A stretch of 63,518 nucleotides of DNA, filler included, from Octopus bimaculoides (taxonomy: Eukaryota), in NCBI RefSeq assembly GCF_001194135.2. It is 7 parts of 7 records of this genome, joined end to end, with 100 filler letters (N's around TTAATTAATTAA, not from the genome) between each part and the next. Parts side by side here need not be neighbours in the genome. Positions count along the whole stretch, not along the records: positions 6,867 to 12,558 come from NC_068994.1; positions 12,659 to 38,332 come from NC_068982.1; 5 more parts are not named here. The stretch is one strand, 5' to 3'. The stretch's first letter is position 1. Each line of letters begins with the position of its first letter. Of the stretch, positions 11,831-24,184 are shown piece by piece. Both the position numbers and the translations under genes were made by a program. The notes beneath the pieces were generated by a model, which was given only the letters and a program-made list of their open reading frames with translations, searched no databases and had not been told where the DNA came from.

Positions 11831-12742
11831 TACTTGGAACAAATAATACAAGACATTTTACCCACTGTTTCTAACAACTCTGCAAATATGCCATTTTATA
11901 AGAAATGCTAAACCAATAATAATAATAAAAGTTAAATATCACAAGGTTATTTTGTCTGATGCTCTAATGACTCTGCCAAGTTAACAGATATGCATTATTA
12001 ACATTAGGTTTCAAATGTTGTATAATTGGTTGACATCTACATTGTCATTAAGAATACATTAACATTCTTGTATTGAGAGCTTAATTAGCTATTTATTTAT
12101 TTTATGTCAATATTAATGTCATTTGTAACAGTTTTCTAATGGTTGTGTCTGTAACTCAATACAGAACAAATATTTCAAGTAACTTCACTTTTAAATAACC
12201 TGTTTTTTTTTATTTATTGTTTTCTTGCCAGTGCTTATATCTTTTACAGATAACTTTCAGCATATAAGATACACACACACACAGTGTACAGTTCCTGATG
12301 GTATGATAAACAAAAAAAGTATTTCATCTGGTGAGAGATGAATATTAGTTAATAAATACAATATATGTTTTTTATGTACTACTATCAGTTTCATGTGATG
12401 AGAGCATGCCAGAGAGCATTTTCTAAAGAAGTCTTGTGTCACAGCCCAATCTTCAGGCATGTTAAAAAAATAGTGTATGACATGGTCTCATAGCATGAAA
12501 CTAATAGTAGCACATAAAAACATATATTGTGCATGTATATATATATATATATATATATNNNNNNNNNNNNNNNNNNNNNNNNNNNNNNNNNNNNNNNNNN
12601 NNTTAATTAATTAANNNNNNNNNNNNNNNNNNNNNNNNNNNNNNNNNNNNNNNNNNNNTATATATATGTATATGTTGTTGTGTGTACATATATATATATA
12701 CGTGTGTGCTCATGTATGTATATATATATATATATATATATA

Positions 12743-12787
<45 letters not shown>

Positions 12788-13294
12788 TTATATATATATT
12801 CTTTATATACACAGACATGCGCACACACACTAACACACACATACACACACACATATATATATGTATAAATACGTATATACCAAAGACATGTGTATAGGAA
12901 CATATATTTGCAAATAACTCTACTTACAAATAACTTTACGGATAAACTAATACGCACTCAATACCTTAGCAAATGTAATTTTATTGCATTTATTAGTTCA
13001 AAGAAATTTATGTCTCATGTTAATCAGATTTCAGGCACCAAGGTAATCCTCAGACGACCTCAAAGGCTATTCGTGTATATCAATCCACACACTCACACAG
13101 ACATTCCTACACTTACACATGCACATACTCACGCACCCATACACACATACACACACACATTTGTAAATACGTGTATTTCTGTATATATCGAAGGAAGAGA
13201 TGGAAAAAAATTAGTGTTCTTTCAAAGGGGAAAAGTAAAACTCAGTACAAAGTGGAGAGCGCATACAGTATTATATTTTTTACCTTCTACCTTT

Positions 13295-13385
13295 TAGTTG
13301 TTTAGGTCATTAGACTGTGGCCATGCTGGGGCACCACCTTGACGAATTTTTAGTCGAATGAACCGACCCTAGTTCTTATTTGTTT
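13295..13385 (-). mobile_element. SINE family A 3' fragment
   Basis: GTCATTAGACTGTGGCCATGCTGGGGCACC...TTTAGTCGAA is the reverse of the family A tail. Confidence 0.6.
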
Positions 13386-13399
13386 AATTACAGGTAATC

Positions 13400-13510
13400 T
13401 ATATATAATTAATCCGCCCCCAAAACGAAGAAAAAGCACAAGAAAAAAACAACTCGAGAGCGTGGTACGTGCAAAGTATTAACAGACGCTCAGGGAAGAA
13501 AATAAAGTTT
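13400..13510 (-). repeat. Fragment of a short PLE-terminus-like repeat, related to 44655-44830 and 63200-63460
   Basis: Minus strand TTCCCTGAGCGTCTGTTAATACT...GTTGTTTTTTT resembles TTTCCTGAGCGTCCAATAATACT...GTTGTTTTTT downstream of the hammerhead-like motif at 44758-44793. Confidence 0.45.
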
Positions 13511-13678
13511 ATATATATATACATATACCTGCATACGCACACACCTACATACACACACACAAATATAGTNNNNNNNNNNATATATGTATACATATACATA
13601 TATATATACATATACCTGCATACGCACACACCTACATACACACACACAAATATAGTTCAAATTTACAGAAAACAAAAG

Positions 13679-14381
13679 ACTCGCTAAGATTTGTTCCAGC
13701 TTAGCGAGAACTCTTGTTCTAATTTCTTTCTCTGCATTTAGTCCTTGAGTAAACATCAAGCATTTGAACATATCTGGCGTTAATTCGTCTAGCTTGAACT
13801 TTTCACAAGCCCTTTTAGCTCTACTAGCATATAGTCCTACTCGTTCTTTTCTAGGTTCAAACATTTCCAACGTGTATTGAACAACGATCTTTTCTCACTA
13901 AAGATTTACACAATATGTCTATTGTATCTTTAAAGTTTATGTCAGAAGGCTTCTTCGGGAGTACGTAATTGCTGTAACGCTCATGTTCCCCTGCTGTTAG
14001 TTGTCTTAAGATTACATGCGTTTTCATATCGTTGTCCCAATCCTTCCGTTCTATTTTGAAGATTTGTTCGTATCTCCTATAGTACGCCTCGAAGGTAACT
14101 CCTTCGTCTGGGTCATACTTAAACTCTGTTATCGAGTTCGCAACATAATTTGGGGAGAACACTTTTTCAACATTCCCTGACTACTTACTGCAGCCTGAAT
14201 GGCAGCATTTGTTGCTGTAATAGTAATTGTTGTTGTTTGTGTTGTTGTTGCAGTTATACTGATGTTGTTGTTGCTTCTGCTGTTGTTCTTGCAGTTGTAG
14301 CAGTTACTTCTGCAGTTGGTTTTTTAGTTGCTATTGTTGCTGTTTTTGCAACTGGAGCAAACCGGCCAACACAGTTTCCAT
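13679..14381 (-). pseudogene. Ty3/Gypsy gag pseudogene: Gln-rich N-terminus and capsid-like region, truncated before pol
   Basis: ATG at 14381 (METVLAGLLQLQKQQQ*). Then FSPNYVANSITEFKYDPDEGVTFEAYYRRYEQIF...ERYSNYVLPKKP and ACEKFKLDELTPDMFKCLMFTQGL...EIRTRVLAKLEQ (ORFs 13857..14162 and 13490..13870), with stops and frameshifts. Confidence 0.82.
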
Positions 14382-14475
14382 AATTTTTAATTTTTTCTGT
14401 AACATTCGCACAAAAAAAAAGTGAAATTCGTAACTCTTGGTGAGTTTGTTTATTCCTCGACGCCACTCTTGTAAC

Positions 14476-14689
14476 CCTCGTCGCCACTGATGTAATGCTT
14501 AACGCCGGACTTTTATAGCACCCACTTCAGTATACCAGTATAGTTGTTAGACCAGTAAAGACATGACTATTTAAGAACGTCTACTTCGTACTCTCACCCA
14601 TTTCTAACTGACGTCACCTTATTCATAATGACTAGCACATAGCACTCGTCACGTGGGAGGGGTATACCATTATTATTATTATCACCACA
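14476..14689 (-). mobile_element. Gypsy 5' LTR (14488-14689, about 202 bp) and primer-binding site (14476-14486)
   Basis: The minus strand starts TGTGGTG and ends CATTACATCA, followed after 1 nt by TGGCGACGAGG, a Gypsy-type PBS, just upstream of gag. It contains TATAAAA and TGACGTCA. Confidence 0.75.
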
Positions 14690-15207
14690 ACTGTATTTAT
14701 GTATGTATGTATTGATGTATGTATGTATTATGTATGTGTGTGTGTGTATATGTATGTATGTATGGATGTACTTGCAATTAATACATACATTCAATTATAG
14801 ATATGTCTTTAAACTAAATGTGTTATTGACTAACTTTCCAGTTTCTTTAATTTGTTTCCACCTTCATGATATTATCAAAGATAACGTGTGAAATGCCGTT
14901 TGAAATTTGAAGAAATAGTTTAGTAGGTAACGAGCGAAGAAAGGATAAAAAGCAAACTAAGAAGATGAAAATAAAGGAAAGAAACGTTAAATTTAGAGGA
15001 ATAGTAATGTTATTAAGATATATTTAGTCTTTTTTAAAAGCTAATTTTAAATTTTGTGGCCATCAGTTTAGACGAGGAATCTGAGACGTGAATTAATATT
15101 CTGCTCACCAAATAAGAACGCTGCATAAATATATAACTTATGGACGTGATGATTTTTGTTTGTATTTACTGTTACGACTAACAACACTACTACTAATAAT
15201 AATAATG

Positions 15208-15427
15208 GCAATAGTTCAAAATTTTGGCACAAGACCAGCAATTTCGGTAGAAGGAGTAAGTCGATTGCATCGACCTTATTGTTCTGCTGATTCTCATTTA
15301 ATCAACGTCAGAAGGTGAAACTTCAAAGGTAACCTTTACTGAATTTGAACTAAGATCATAAGAACGGGCGAAATGCCGCTAAGTATTTTTGCCCGGCGTG
15401 CTAACAATTATGGCAGCTCACCGCTTT
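15208..15427 (-). mobile_element. SINE family B copy
   Basis: TTTGGCACAAGACCAGC...GAATTTGAAC...GAAATGCCGCTAAG...GGCAGCTCACCGC. Confidence 0.75.
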
Positions 15428-15490
15428 ACTACTAGTAATGGTGGTAATGATAACCATAATTATCATAATAGTCATTATCATTATTAATAT

Positions 15491-16035
15491 TCTTCTTCTT
15501 CTTCTTCTTCTTCTTCTTCTTCTTCTTCTTCTTCTTCTTCTTCTTCTTCTTCTTCTTCTTCTTCTTCTTCTTCTTCTTCTTCTTCTTCTTCTTCTTCTTC
15601 TTCNNNNNNNNNNNNNNNNNNNNNNNNNNNNNNNNNNNNNNNNNNNNNNNNNNNNNNNNNNNNNNNNNNNNNNNNNNNNNNNNNNNNNNNNNNNNNNNNN
15701 NNNNNNNNNNNNNNNNNNNNNNNNNNNNNNNNNNNNNNNNNNNNNNNNNNNNNNNNNNNNNNNNNNNNNNNNNNNNNNNNNNNNNNNNNNNNNNNNNNNN
15801 NNNNNNNNNNNNNNNNNNNNNNNNNNNNNNNNNNNNNNNNNNNNNNNNNNNNNNNNNNNNNNNNNNNNNNNNNNNNNNNNNNNNNNNNNNNNNNNNNNNN
15901 NNNNNNNNNNNNNNNNNGTGGTGGTGTTGGTGGTGGTGGTGGTGGTGATGGTGGTGCTGGTGGTGCTGGTGGTGCTGGTGGTGCTGGTGGTGGTGGTCGT
16001 GGTGGTGGTGGTGGTCGTCGTCGTCGTCGCCGTCG
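15491..16035. repeat. (CTT)n and (GTG)n trinucleotide tracts flanking a gap
   Basis: Directly visible; explains the poly-R/K/L/V/T/H ORFs. Confidence 0.95.
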
Positions 16036-16040
16036 TATAC

Positions 16041-16360
16041 TGGTGAGCTGGCAGATTCGTCAGAACACCGGGCATAATGCTTAGTTGCACATCGTCTCTC
16101 TTTGTATTCTGAGTCCAAATTCCACCGAGGTTGACTTTGTTTTTCATCCTTTCGGGGTTTATGAAGTAAAAAATAGTTGATCATTGGGATCAAGGTAATC
16201 AACTTACCCCTCCTCTAAACTTGTGCTGATGTTTGAAATCATTGTAATTATCATTGTTAAGACGACGTGCTGGCAGAATATTTACTGCACCGGGAAAATG
16301 CTTAGCGCATCTCATTCGTGTTTAGGTTCTGAGGTCAAATTCCCTCGATGTAGACTTTGC
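16041..16360 (+). mobile_element. SINE family B copy plus a partial second copy
   Basis: GGTGAGCTGGCAGATTCGTCAG...TCTGAGTCCAAATTCCACCGAGGTTGACTTTG. A second head GTGCTGGCAGAATATT starts at about 16267. Confidence 0.7.
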
Positions 16361-16399
16361 ATTGGTTGCTACTGTTAGAAATAGAAATAAATACTTGCA

Positions 16400-17490
16400 C
16401 CCGGCACAAAAATAAAAATTAAGAATCAAGATGGAGAGCAAAGATTGAACAAATGAAAAGTGAAAGCGATGTATGGGCAATACCTCAGAGACATAGAACG
16501 GAAAGACAAAATTAACACCTGGAGGTGGTTAAGGAATAGTAATCTAAAAGGATGCACTGAAGCATTGGTATACAACGCTCAAGAACAAGCTTTGAGAACT
16601 AATTACACCAAGTTCCAAATAGAAAAGTGTTGTGGGTTGCCTCTTTGGACCAAAAATAAGTTTCACATACTCTGAGTGAGTGTAGCATATTGGCTCAAAA
16701 GGGTTACAAAAGAAGACATGGTAACATAGTTAGGCGTCTTCATTAGAGATTGTGTGAGAAATAACAGGAGATTAGAATAGAGCACAACCCAGGAGGTGTC
16801 ACCGAGAATAAGAAGCATGGGATCTTGCATGATTTTAAAATCCAGTGCAAGTCAGTGAGTGGTGTTGGGAGACCAGATATTTTTGTAATCGAAATGATGA
16901 TGACGCAAACTAAGATCATAATCACTGGTTTCAGATTTTGGCACAAGGCCAAGAGGTTCGGGAGAGGGGTAAGACGTTTACATTGATCCCAGTGTTCAAT
17001 TGGTTCTTTAATTTATTGACCCCGAAACGTTCAAAGGCAAATATGATTCATTTGAACTCAAAACATATAGTCCGAAGAAATACCGCTAAACATTTTTCCG
17101 GGTGAGATAATGATTCTGCCATCTCGCCGTCTTACCAAGGTCAGAGATATTGCCATACCCGGGGATGTACGAGTGGATGATAAGGACCTGGAAAAGAAGG
17201 AGTAGTACAAGCCAATAAAAGGTGAGATTGCACAAATGTGGGCAATGAAGTAAGTGTCAACCTAGTAGTTGTAGTGACATTGGGAGCATGAACAACCGAG
17301 TTTGAGAAATTTGTTGAAAACATTAGGATTGACATGAGGGTAAAATATGCTCAGAAAAAATTGCTTTACTTGGACAGCGAAGATTTTGAGATTGAAACCC
17401 TTGATTAGAGGTTGTTGTCAGCTCTTACATAATTAGCTAAGTGCTCCTAGAAGTGAAATGACGACGACGACAATAACGACAACAACAACA
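16400..17490 (+). mobile_element. R4/Dong-type (RLE) LINE 3' fragment interrupted by a SINE
   Basis: MYGQYLRDIERKDKINTWRWLRNSNLKGCTEALVYNAQEQALRTNY (ORF 16460..16675), then RPDIFVI (16870) and DIAIPGD (17146). These are RLE-LINE C-terminal motifs. Confidence 0.85.
16917..17133 (-). mobile_element. SINE family B copy nested in the R4/Dong endonuclease region
   Basis: Minus-strand head AAGACGGCGAGATGGCAGAATC at 17133. It lies between the RPD and DIAIPGD coding segments. Confidence 0.75.
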
Positions 17491-17734
17491 AAAATATCAA
17501 CAATAAAATTACTAATATTACGTTAGATGTGGAAACCGAGATAAGGGAAATAAACCAAACAAAGAACACTAATACCATAGTAGATAAAGATACCTTGATG
17601 TTAAAATTACACCAATCACAAACACATACAGAGGAATCAATGACAAGACAGTGCAGAATGTATGCAAATGAAAGAAAAGATTAGTAAAGAATATTATAGG
17701 CGAATGAGATAATTCCTTAAAATGGTGTTAAATT

Positions 17735-18050
17735 GGAAAGTAATTCAATAGGTATCAACACTCTAACTCGCCTAGTAATAATTTAGTTTTAATACTCTCA
17801 ACTGCTCATTAAATCTCCTATCTAGATTACATAAGAAATCAAAGAAAATATTAACTACATTTAAAAAACACCAGCAAAAATTTAATATTGAAAGACTATA
17901 TTTATCACGTAATAAAGGTGGTAAGGGTTTTATACAACAAAGAAAAACGATTACAACGTATAAAGCATACAACTATAAAAATTTCTGGTACAGAATCATG
18001 AAGAAATAATGCAAATGTTTACAGCACATGAACAAAGCAACTCTTTAATA
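17735..18050 (+). mobile_element. Strongly AT-shifted R4/Dong-type LINE fragment (post-RT region)
   Basis: Plus frame LHKKSKKILTTFKKHQQKFNIERLYLSRNKGGKGFI matches the DRKTRK...DRLY.PRK.GGRGL motif also seen at about 31090-31195. Confidence 0.65.
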
Positions 18051-18269
18051 TCTGTAAAGTAGACAGTAAAAACAAGGTGAGACATAAAGTTCTCTCACAT
18101 TTGGAGGAGACACTGTGTGGACGTAAGTAGAAGTATAGAGGCGGGATAGGTTTCATTTGGAAGGCTAAGATTTTTCATTTCTGCATTCATCTTTAACTAC
18201 TCAGAAACTTCTCTCTTTCTTTTTTAGGTTCTACCATTTTCATATTCATCATTAATTTCTCTAAACTTT

Positions 18270-18455
18270 GAGGAGAAACGTAGGGTGGCCGGCAATGTCA
18301 CCAGATTGAAACCTTGTGACTTTTTCCTTTGCGGATACCAAATAGAAAAAAGTTTTCCGACACCGTCCTCGAACTTCTGAGGATTTGAAAGAAAGGATTC
18401 GTGAGGAAATCAACGCAATACCACCTGTGATGACACAGAGAGTCATAATAAACTT
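18270..18455 (+). mobile_element. Tc1/mariner-superfamily transposase C-terminal fragment
   Basis: WPAMSPD* / CDFFL / KVFRHRPRTSEDLKERIREEINAIPPVMTQRVI, a WPxxSPDL-PxDFFLW-type motif with frameshifts. Confidence 0.7.
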
Positions 18456-18689
18456 GTTCCTGCCTGGTGGTGTTCTGTTTTTATACTCATTCACAGCGGG
18501 GGAGATCTTTATGCTCCACCCTGTACAAAAAGAGGCTACAATAGCCGATGACAACATGGAGAAACAATGAGAGAAATCAAATCGTGAAATAGTTAATATC
18601 TACATTATCTGTATTATAATTGGGCCCCAAAATACTGTTTAAAACGGTAGCAAGAAGAGCCTCTAGAAAACGCTCACCAGGGTGGAACT

Positions 18690-19490
18690 GGACAAGTAGA
18701 AGTCACAAGTGAAGCATGGAACTCAAACCAGAGACGGAAAGTTTCTTGATATAGGCAGAGCGTTAAAGTCTCCTCCCAGAAACTATCACCAGAGTGCAAG
18801 GAAGCAGAATACAATAACTCCAGAATATGTGGAGATGTGGAAGAAGCACTTAACATTATCTCTGAGTGTCTTTTTTAACCCCAAAATATTTACATCTATA
18901 AGCATGACAGACTTGGAGCTTACATACGCTGATCTTATGCCAGAATTATGAAATGACAATTGAAAATAGGTGGTATAGACACAGACCAGAAAAGGTCTAT
19001 GTTTGTATGACGGTAAAGTAACTATACTCTGAGATATAACCGTCTGGACACTCAAGTTTGACTGATTAGGTATTGTTATCTATGAGCAGCAGGAAAAGAA
19101 ATGCCTTCGAATTGATATATTATCTCCAACAGATGATAATTTATCTCCAAATGAGATCGAAAAATTATCTAAATATTCAAATCCGTAAATAGAGACAACC
19201 TAGATGTGAGAACTGAAACTGAAACTATCCACTGGCATTTTGAGTATGATCAAATGAATATGCAGACAAATACATGGCCGTAACCTCAGGTCTTACAAAT
19301 ATGCATAACGTACAGAAGATAGAACTGTTACGCACCGTACACAAACTACCTACAGTAATTTGAATGCAGAAAAAGTAACAAAACCGAAACAAAACACAGC
19401 GCGTACACAAGACACAGATTTGCGCTTGGCAGTACAGTGAAAGCACGCAATGAAACTAATACAAATACCTGATAATGATAATTTAAAAGA
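18690..19490 (+). mobile_element. R4/Dong-type LINE 3' fragment with 3' UTR, same lineage as 32328-32712
   Basis: Frameshifted LKPETESFLI, CCHC-like region (ICGDVEE), RWYRHRPEKV, KCLRIDILSPTDDNLSPNEIEKLSKY, GLTNMHNVQKI. The UTR CACAGC...GCGCT...GTGAAAGCACG resembles 32620-32690. Confidence 0.75.
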
Positions 19491-21860
19491 ATATATGACA
19501 ATAATATTAAAATTGCATTTTCTAACAAGCAGGAAGAATAAAATACAATATATTCATAACAATAGAAACATGAAAAATAATTTTATTATAGTAGAATTAT
19601 AATAGAATTATGGAAACTATGAATAATATAGAAACAGTGAATTGAAATGCTGCTTTTGTCCACTTTATTGTAAAGACATGTAATGGGAGAGGGAGAGAAG
19701 TAACAGAACGAGATTAATAATAGAAGCCTATGTGCAGGATGAAAAGACGAAATCGTGAGAGAAAACAGATTAAATAAAGACGTTATCATTGGCTTATACA
19801 ACGAAATAATAGCGTACAATTTTGCAAGGGATACTTTGAATTGCCGATATACTCCCATAATATAATGGTATTAAAACTAAAGGTAAGCCAAGAAGTAAAT
19901 TTGCTTTTATAAGTGGAAAAAGGGTACAAAGGGGACATTATCAGCCATATAGATGTCTATTTAGTGATTTAGATTCCAACAGAGATGTGTACATATACAT
20001 ACTTACAGATTCTTATAAAATACATGCATAATTACATACGAACATACACAGAATCCTATGCTCGGACTGAGATATAATGCAAGACATCCGATCCCATAGC
20101 TAGCTATTTATTTCCGTTTCTTATACCACTGTCATTTCCATATCATTCACCATTCTTTCTATTATTTTGCTTTAAATACATCATTCCATTTCCCTTCCGC
20201 TGCTTGCTTGTTTTCAAACTTTATCTTCCACTCTTATGATAATTTCCTCTTCACTCAATTTCAGATGACACAAGCGATGGAAATGAATTGCAAATTATTC
20301 ATTGAAAATCATATATATNNNNNNNNNNNNNNNNNNNNNNNNNNNNNNNNNNNNNNNNNNNNNNNNNNNNNNNNNNNNNNNNNNNNNNNNNNNNNNNNNN
20401 NNNNNNNNNNNNNNNNNNNNNNNNNNNNNNNNNNNNNNNNNNNNNNNNNNNNNNNNNNNNNNNNNNNNNNNNNNNNNNNNNNNNNNNNNNNNNNNNNNNN
20501 NNNNNNNNNNNNNNNNNNNNNNNNNNNNNNNNNNNNNNNNNNNNNNNNNNNNNNNNNNNNNNNNNNNNNNNNNNNNNNNNNNNNNNNNNNNNNNNNNNNN
20601 NNNNNNNNNNNNNNNNNNNNNNNNNNNNNNNNNNNNNNNNNNNNNNNNNNNNNNNNNNNNNNNNNNNNNNNNNNNNNNNNNNNNNNNNNNNNNNNNNNNN
20701 NNNNNNNNNNNNNNNNNNNNNNNNNNNNNNNNNNNNNNNNNNNNNNNNNNNNNNNNNNNNNNNNNNNNNNNNNNNNNNNNNNNNNNNNNNNNNNNNNNNN
20801 NNNNNNNNNNNNNNNNNNNNNNNNNNNNNNNNNNNNNNNNNNNNNNNNNNNNNNNNNNNNNNNNNNNNNNNNNNNNNNNNNNNNNNNNNNNNNNNNNNNN
20901 NNNNNNNNNNNNNNNNNNNNNNNNNNNNNNNNNNNNNNNNNNNNNNNNNNNNNNNNNNNNNNNNNNNNNNNNNNNNNNNNNNTATATATATACATATATC
21001 CTCTATATATATATATATATATATATGCACATATGCATATATGTGCACACATATACATACGCGCACAATGAATATATTATTTTGGTCTGTGTGTAATGCA
21101 ATTATACATCTTTACATATATAAATTTACTTCTGTTGATATATTTTCTCAGATTCTCCGAGATAAATATACTACGTTGATTATCATACGCACATTACACT
21201 AAATGATTATGAATATATGGCTCTATACTTAATCTGAAAATAATTATTAATGCAATTAAATCAGTAGAATAGTTTCTGAAATATATCTTCGATGAACATA
21301 ACCTATTTTGGTTAAAGTTTATTTCATCTGCACAATTTATTTGCATATATTATTTTCAGCTATCACAGGTAACGATCCGGAATTTAAATGCCATTAAAAA
21401 GTTATGACTTGTTTTAATTACTTGTAATAGATCTATAATTTGGTTAATTTTTCCATTGAAAGAATAAATATAAAATGATGAGTTGCGATTAAAGTGATAG
21501 AAGACATAAAATAAAAATATATTTTCTAAGTATGCTGAAATGTCATTCCAACAGAATTAATAAAATGTGGTGTGTATTAACACATTGTATAGGAAAATAT
21601 AAACTATGGAATATAATCAGCGTTGCATAATTCTACTTTAGTATTTATATATTTATGAAACGGAAAGTACTCTGTGCACACCTACATAGCGAGTAATATT
21701 TATATGTGTTTAAACAGAATTATCTGTTTATAATTAAATGTTTCGTACATCTTATTAGTCTAATCATAAATATATAATGTGTGCGTGTGTGTATTTGTTA
21801 TATGTGTGTATATATTTATACATACATACATATACACATATACGTTTATATATATATATA

Positions 21861-22079
21861 GAAGGTCGTTTGTTATAGGCGGTTTGTTACGGGCGGTCAG
21901 AGCATTGGTTCCGCACCTATATAGGCGACTCATCGGACCCAAATGACGAAGGCGCATAATCTCTCTACAAGTAAAGGGAGTAAAAAGGTTATGTGCCTCC
22001 GACTATTTGAACCCGTTCAGTCGCTATATAGGTGTGAAAGCAATGGTCACTCCCTGAACAGCCATAACAAGCAACCTTC
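21861..22079. mobile_element. Fold-back/MITE-like element, about 100-bp imperfect inverted arms, TA-flanked
   Basis: Left arm GAAGGTCGTTTGTTATAGGC...CACCTATATAGGCGACT...AAGGCGCATAA matches the reverse complement of the right arm TTATGTGCCTCC...AGTCGCTATATAGGTG...GCCATAACAAGCAACCTTC. TA lies at 21859-60 and 22080-81. Confidence 0.65.
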
Positions 22080-22141
22080 TAAATAATACTGCTGTTTTAG
22101 ATTGTGCTTTCGGATATATGACCTACTGAATTACACACGTT

Positions 22142-22192
<51 letters not shown>

Positions 22193-24184
22193 CAGACAGA
22201 CAGGCAGACAGGCAGACATACAGGCAGACATACAGGCAGACAGAGTTTAGATGGATATATTATCCGGTAACTCTCAGTTATGTTCCAAATTACCGCTAAC
22301 CACATAGATTAGTATTTAACTTTTATGTCTACAAAGAGTTGCCACTCGAACTGTAAATTCCTCCGATAGGTAATTCCGTGTTCGCTTCACTGGATGCTAG
22401 TTTTATCTGGAGTGTATACTGCAGTAGTTATAACGGTAGACAATATGGAAACTCGTACATCCTCAAATTTAATTTCCTTGTATTTTACAATGTCATACAG
22501 CATATTTTTATGGTTATCATGACCTACATAAGTTTCCACTGCACAGAGTATGTGCAGTCGCATATGCAACAGGACGTAATTTTCTGTGAAGTTTCATTCA
22601 GGGCCTTTCAACCAGCTTTTCTCGGTGCAAACGGATTTCAGTTACGTGTTTATTGGCCAGGGTTCAGGAGAAAACGAGTGGAGGTTAGTTTTAATCTGAA
22701 ATCCGATCTCCTCATTATATGATTGACCACGGCTTCACGCCAGCTGCTAGCTGAAGTCGTGATTTTATTTAATTGGGTCAAAGATTATTTTACTGTTTTG
22801 GTAGGTTTATTTGTGTATTGAAGTAGATGAGTTCTTGGGTTCTCAATAAGCTTTATTTGAAGTATAGTTCTTGTAATGCATTTTAATTTTGGGTGGTTCA
22901 GTTCCATGTTAAGTTCTTAGTTATTTAGAGATTTTCTGGGTAATGGACAGAAAAAGGAATATATACTAGATTAGTTACGAATAAGGGTACGGTACACAGT
23001 TGGGTATATANNNNNNNNNNNNNNNNNNNNNNNNNNNNNNNNNNNNNNNNNNNNNNNNNNNNNNNNNNNNNNNNNNNNNNNNNNNNNNNNNNNNNNNNNA
23101 TATATATATATATATATATATATAGTTTTACTAATATTTAGTAGAAGCGACAGAGTGACTCCAGGTGCGAATTTTTCGTGCGTTGGCGCGCGCACGCACA
23201 TACATTCACACACAATAACACACACACATGTATATTCTTGAATGATTTCCCAAAGTGTATATGTGAATATTTTTTGGGCGCGTGTGGTGGTCTTCGATCT
23301 TTCAGTTCATTGTACACTTATTATTGCATTTGTTGATGCAAGGATTGACGCCTTAGTCTGGTTGGTTAGCCTTACTAACAAACACTAACGTAGATGTCAA
23401 TCTGGTTTGTTCAGAAACATGAACTCATTTTGTTAAAGGTGTGTTTGTCCATCTCTTTTAAGAGATTTTCTCTCTTGTAGCATTATTTGTATTGTTGACA
23501 GGTTTCACAATACAAGTATACATCAGTTTTCAAAATAAAACTACAAGACTCAATCCTCTTTTTTGTGTTCAACAAATGCTACTTGTTAGCGTAACTGTGT
23601 TTGTAAAATAATTTAGTTCTAGATACGTTCTGACTGGTGTAGCTTCATTCTCTACGAATAAGTGACGCTGAGATCTTTTCCCGCTATTTTATCGGAAAGT
23701 AAATCATTATTGAGTCCATTATTCCAATTGTTCTATAACTACAAGTAATAATGTTCGTTTAATTTCTTGATATTGATTATCTTGGCTCTTTTCCGGTGTT
23801 GCTGATATAATCGAGTCCAAGTCCGTTGTTTTTGACGTAAGTCTCTGCATGAAAAATTCACGACTAAGGCGAAGAATTCTATTACTGTGAATAAAGTGTT
23901 GTTTCAATGAATACGATCATGAAATAACAATGTTGATTCTTGTCGCGTTAATGTTAGAGATAGCACTTATCGCAAATTCAGTGTCAATTTTCCACAGCAA
24001 TTAGTTGGCTACTCATGTTGAACATGTGTAAGTAGACATGTATGCATGTATATATGCATGTATGTATGTATTTATATACGTTATTATTTCTATTTATTAG
24101 AATATCCCTAGAAGGAAGGAGATTGATTCTAACAAAGAAACAAGTATTATCGGGGAATTTGTTATAACAACAATGACAAGTATT

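Noticed and set aside
13000-13040. Minus-strand CTGAGGA...GAAATCTGATT motif
   Set aside because: Stem II is misregistered with the core and there is no stem I pairing; likely chance.
22560-23990. Faint LINE-like peptides on the minus strand (SSWREAVV, YVKNNGLGL)
   Set aside because: Too short and not in a consistent domain order by eye; would need a profile-HMM search.
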